DNA of 64,000 nucleotides from Candidatus Binatia bacterium (GTDB lineage Bacteria > Desulfobacterota > Binatia > UBA9968 > CAXXLF01), in the NCBI GenBank assembly GCA_963664015.2, contig CAXXLF010000002.1, forward strand, positions 1,184,001 through 1,248,000, in the 5' to 3' direction. The translations under genes and the position numbers were made by a program. A model generated the notes under the pieces. It saw only the letters and a list, made by a program, of their open reading frames with translations. It was not told the origin of the DNA and did no database searches. This document shows positions 60,619-64,000 of the stretch, piece by piece; positions within the stretch are counted from its first letter, which is position 1; each line of letters opens with the position of its first letter.

Positions 60619-60657
60619 TCAACATCCTTTGTATTTCTTACGGACGCATTCACGGGC
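60619..60657 (-). pseudogene. Sel1 C-terminal remnant (ARECVRKKYKGC*)
   Basis: 39 bp matching the paralogue 3' ends. Confidence 0.8.
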
Positions 60658-60746
60658 TTTGTATTCATAGCATTTCCATCTGACGCTCGACCTCTACTGA
60701 TGCCTTACCCCACCAAATGCCTTCCCTTGTGTAGACACTGAGCGGG

Positions 60747-61112
60747 CTACTTCTGATACCTTTTCAAACCTGGATTATAATACGGGCTAAGCTGATTAGT
60801 GGTACTGTTAGGGCTTAGCTGGTTCCCGTATTCCCCCAAGGGGTTAAAGGGGCTTTCAGGACTCAGTTGACTCCCGTACCTTCCGAGTGGGTTGGATAAA
60901 CTATCAGGATGCAACGGGCTCCCTACTCCCAACTGGTTATTGGGGCTCTCCGGGCTTAATTGGCTCCCATATCTACCGAACGGATTGTTTAGGCTATCGG
61001 GATGGAATTGATTTTCGTTTGTCTGGCGGGTCTGATGCCAATAGGTATGCTCGGCAAAAGCCGGGACCGCTATCATAAAGGCAATTACGAACGTAACGGT
61101 TGAAACTCTCAT
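60747..61112 (-). CDS. Small secreted protein with SPxSxxNPxGxYG repeats
   Basis: Signal peptide ending AFA, RBS GAGGAG and five or six 16-aa repeats. Confidence 0.75.
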   Translation of the reverse strand: MRVSTVTFVIAFMIAVPAFAEHTYWHQTRQTNENQFHPDSLNNPFGRYGSQLSPESPNNQLGVGSPLHPDSLSNPLGRYGSQLSPESPFNPLGEYGNQLSPNSTTNQLSPYYNPGLKRYQK

Positions 61113-61154
61113 AGGATCTCCTCGTATATGAGCCTGGACCTACATATGATAACC

Positions 61155-61340
61155 CTACAACCTCACCTCCTGATTGCCTTCCTTTGGGCAGGAACGAATT
61201 AGCCGCCACTCTAATCTAAACCCGCATACGGTACAATGGGCATCAATGGCAACCTCCTCCTTCGGCTCAGGCGGGTTAGGTATAACCACGCCGAAATAGT
61301 CACCACACCTGGGGCAATCACGGGAAAGGTATCGGGCCAT
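61155..61340 (-). CDS. Small zinc-ribbon protein
   Basis: MARYLSRDCPRCG...CTVCG. Confidence 0.5.
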   Translation of the reverse strand: MARYLSRDCPRCGDYFGVVIPNPPEPKEEVAIDAHCTVCGFRLEWRLIRSCPKEGNQEVRL

Positions 61341-61450
61341 GGCCGGATTATCCGTAAGGTCGGTACGACTGTCAACCCTTGACCTAATTTGACCTAAAGC
61401 CGAACAGAAACTATGATTGACTGAAGGAGGTGGGATGAAAAAAGTCCCCG

Positions 61451-61530
61451 CCATCCTCCTACGTCACAGCCATGCTGTCAAGTACCGGGATTGACGTCCT
61501 TTGGCTTAGCGTTATAATCCACGCTGGGGG
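61451..61530. repeat. 80-bp direct repeat, copy 2
   Basis: Matches 56209-56288. Confidence 0.85.
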
Positions 61531-61559
61531 GTTGGTCGCTGAAGTGAATGCATATTAAC

Positions 61560-62255
61560 TCAAATCACTAATTCCCGTGCATGTTCCTTCAACCATTCCC
61601 GAAAGACCTCATAGTCTGAAACCTCACGTCTCACAGACCTCCAGTATGCCGGTGAATGGTTGGGGTGCTTGAGATGACAGAGTTCATGCACCACCACATA
61701 GTCCACGATGTGATGCGGTGCGATGATGATTCTCCAGTTGTAGGAAATCTCTCCCTTTGAGGAACATGACCCCCATCTCGCTTTGTAGTCTCGAACAGTG
61801 ATCGAGTTGGGTGAAACACCCATGATTCCTGCGTATCGACTGGTCTTTTCGGTTAGACGGTCGAGTGCGTGTTGCTCATACCATTCGGCCAATGCACTCC
61901 GAATGTCGCCATCCTTGGGTTTTTTCGGAAGACCCACCTCAAGATAACCGCCGTTGAGTTTGACCTTAGGATCAGTTCCCCGTGAAACCTTCAGACGGTA
62001 GTTGCGTCCAAGGTAGGTGAAACTCTCACCGCTGACGTATTCCTTGGGTTTTGGAGTGACTATCTGTGATTGCTCACGCAGTTTCTTGCGTATCCAAGGA
62101 GTGCGCTTCTGTATGAGTGCTTCGACCCTGCCATCCGAGAGTTGGTCAGGAACGATTGCTTGGACCAAACCGTCAATCACTTTAATCGATGCGGTCTTGC
62201 GTCTCTTGGTGCGAACCACCTCAATCGATAAGTCTTTATCGAAAGTAAGGTTCAC
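61560..62255 (-). CDS. M48/YgjP (DUF45) metallopeptidase-like protein associated with type I R-M
   Basis: RWGSCS and YVVVHELCHL..NHS; overlaps the hsdR stop. Confidence 0.9.
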   Translation of the reverse strand: MNLTFDKDLSIEVVRTKRRKTASIKVIDGLVQAIVPDQLSDGRVEALIQKRTPWIRKKLREQSQIVTPKPKEYVSGESFTYLGRNYRLKVSRGTDPKVKLNGGYLEVGLPKKPKDGDIRSALAEWYEQHALDRLTEKTSRYAGIMGVSPNSITVRDYKARWGSCSSKGEISYNWRIIIAPHHIVDYVVVHELCHLKHPNHSPAYWRSVRREVSDYEVFREWLKEHARELVI

Positions 62256-64000
62256 CGGAATTTGACCTCTGCAAGTTCCATGAATCTATCAGTGACGGGT
62301 ATCACCAGATTGAGGTCATCAAACTCCTCAAGAATTGCCCGCTTGATATTCCGCCGAACACGCTTCTGCTCATCCCATTTCTGGAAGAAATCAACGATCT
62401 CGGTTGCTTCGTCCATCATTGAGACGAGTTGCTGGACGACACTCTTGATCTTGAGGTGCATCTCTTCATCGATTGCTTCGACACCTTCACCCTTGGTGAT
62501 CTCTGCCATCAGAATGCCGTGGAATGCGAACTCCGTCTCAGTCAGTCCCAGTTCCTCTGCTCGTGCTCCGCGCTCTTCCTCGATAGTGCCACGGAAGTCC
62601 ATGAGCAACTGAACCAACTCCTCCCACTTCTCCTCGTGCTTCCGAATAATGGATTCCAGTTTCTCGGAGAGGGATTTGTAATATTCGGGGTCATCCTCGA
62701 GTTTGATCTTGATGTGATGCTTGATTGCATTCTCAATCTCGGATGCCTTTGCCCGATTGGATTTATGGTCGTTAAGTTTTTCTATGAAGTCTGCCGCTAA
62801 GAGATCGACAGGGGGAATCTTGGGATCAACACCTGTTGAGAAAATATGATCCTCGATGAGTTTCCGGACCTTCTCACCTGCACCCGCAATGGATAGTTGC
62901 TCATCTCGAAAGAGGTTCTTCGCACCATGAGAGATCTTACCCAGTTTTCTTAGGTCGGAGACGTAGGGGACTGCTGCAGGGTCAGGAAACACGATATCCA
63001 TCTGCTGTGAGAACTTCTGGAAGTCCAACTGGAACGTCTGTCTCTTGGTCTCATCCTCAAGAGAAAGGATACAGGTATCGAGGTCATCGAGATCCATACC
63101 CTTGAAGTGCTGCATCACGCGCGTGTGCGCACTCTGTAGTTTGGGGATCTCGTCCTTGAGGTCTCGCAACGCCCCTTCGATATCGTCTGACGAGAACATC
63201 TCCAGTGCTTCGGTGAGGTAATCGCTCAGTCCGAAATAATCGACAATATACCCACGGTGCTTGTTCTTATTGGTGCGGTTCACCCGCGCAATTGCCTGAA
63301 GGAGAGTGTGGTCTGTCAGTTTACGGTCGAGATACATCACCTGCGCGATGGGTGCATCGAACCCCGTCAACAACATGTCTTTGACGATCAGGATAGACAG
63401 GTTGGATTGCCCGTCACCTGACCCTATGGGTTTCTTGTAGTTCTCTATCTGGGTCTTGTGCTTGGTGCTGTCGGTGTATTCCCAATACCGTTGCTCGTCA
63501 TTGTGATCCTCAGAGATGATGACTGCAGATTCCGGTGCCTCCAGTTCATCCATCATTTCTTTGTAGGTGATCGCTGCATATCGCGATGAGGTCACTATCA
63601 TCGCCTTGAACCCATTGGGTTGAATGAACTCGCGATAGTGCTTGAGAATATCGATGCAGACCCTGCGAATGCGCTGTGGTGCCTCTAAGACAGATCTCGC
63701 ATTCGCATATTTGCGTTTGATCGCTGCCTGCTCTTCTTCCGTCCGATCTCCGAAATACTCATCGAACAGACTGTCCAGAGAGTCTCCTGTGACATCTACT
63801 CGTGCTTCACGTCCCTCATAGAGGATCTGAACCGTCGCACCGTCCTCTACGGACTGCTCGATGGTGTAGGTGTCGATGTAGGAACCAAACTCATTGCTGG
63901 TCTTCTCAGCCTTGATTAGAGGGGTTCCTGTGAACGCAATCTTGGGTGCGTTGGGGAGTGCGACATTGATTGCTGCACCCAGAGTTCCGTATTGGGTTCG
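62252..64000 (-). CDS. hsdR: Type I restriction enzyme R subunit (C-terminal 582 aa; runs off the right edge)
   Basis: Open frame from 64000: RTQYG..AFTGTP, KAMIV, DMLLTGFDAP, LDRKL..LLQAIARVNR and IVDY. Confidence 0.93.
   Translation of the reverse strand, partial: RTQYGTLGAAINVALPNAPKIAFTGTPLIKAEKTSNEFGSYIDTYTIEQSVEDGATVQILYEGREARVDVTGDSLDSLFDEYFGDRTEEEQAAIKRKYANARSVLEAPQRIRRVCIDILKHYREFIQPNGFKAMIVTSSRYAAITYKEMMDELEAPESAVIISEDHNDEQRYWEYTDSTKHKTQIENYKKPIGSGDGQSNLSILIVKDMLLTGFDAPIAQVMYLDRKLTDHTLLQAIARVNRTNKNKHRGYIVDYFGLSDYLTEALEMFSSDDIEGALRDLKDEIPKLQSAHTRVMQHFKGMDLDDLDTCILSLEDETKRQTFQLDFQKFSQQMDIVFPDPAAVPYVSDLRKLGKISHGAKNLFRDEQLSIAGAGEKVRKLIEDHIFSTGVDPKIPPVDLLAADFIEKLNDHKSNRAKASEIENAIKHHIKIKLEDDPEYYKSLSEKLESIIRKHEEKWEELVQLLMDFRGTIEEERGARAEELGLTETEFAFHGILMAEITKGEGVEAIDEEMHLKIKSVVQQLVSMMDEATEIVDFFQKWDEQKRVRRNIKRAILEEFDDLNLVIPVTDRFMELAEVKFR

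Larger units (their letters stand above)
38844..64000. mobile_element. tRNA-integrated genomic island (right end probably outside the window)
   Basis: att half-tRNA, phage-like gene, recombinase remnant, AT-rich cargo, restriction genes and paralogue arrays; no housekeeping genes. Confidence 0.7.

Noticed and set aside
39988-60657. Diversity-generating retroelement or classical integron behind the Sel1 variation
   Set aside because: No reverse transcriptase, no evident adenine-only template/variable pair, no IntI and no palindromic attC in this window; such genes outside the window cannot be excluded.
63601-64000. Apparent hsdR start at 63601 in the ORF track
   Set aside because: The frame is open to the window edge and contains helicase motifs, so the gene is simply partial.

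Overview
The window has two parts. From 1 to ~38.8 kb is the core chromosome of a GC-moderate bacterium; the gene content resembles Deltaproteobacteria/Ca. Binatia, which is inference only. It carries a housekeeping block (rny, ygfA, 6S RNA, zapA/zapB, ftsY, smc, an HNH nuclease, rng), queC, many catabolic paralogues (UbiD, DHDPS-like, amidohydrolases, heme-oxygenase-like proteins, AOR, SDR, cupin, B12 radical SAM) and several pseudogene remnants. Two UGA-recoded selenoproteins are split by the ORF track: a deiodinase-like protein and a TlpA-like UxxC protein, each with a SECIS-like hairpin. The second lies behind a triplicated consensus sigma70 promoter. At 38844 a tRNA-Val 3' half marks the att end of a genomic island that probably runs off the right edge. 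The island's most striking feature is a dispersed family of seven secreted Sel1-repeat genes plus four remnants. They are built from 108-bp modules (1-9 per gene), are mosaic with respect to each other, and share one conserved ~100-bp junction. Interleaved cargo includes a degenerate tRNA-Ser, an AT-rich amidohydrolase, a membrane/SHOCT protein, a Rieske oxygenase-UbiD-gentisate dioxygenase cluster with 518-bp direct repeats, a nuclease-helicase-HA protein and a type I R-M hsdR/M48 pair. No database searches were run; all calls come from motif recognition.
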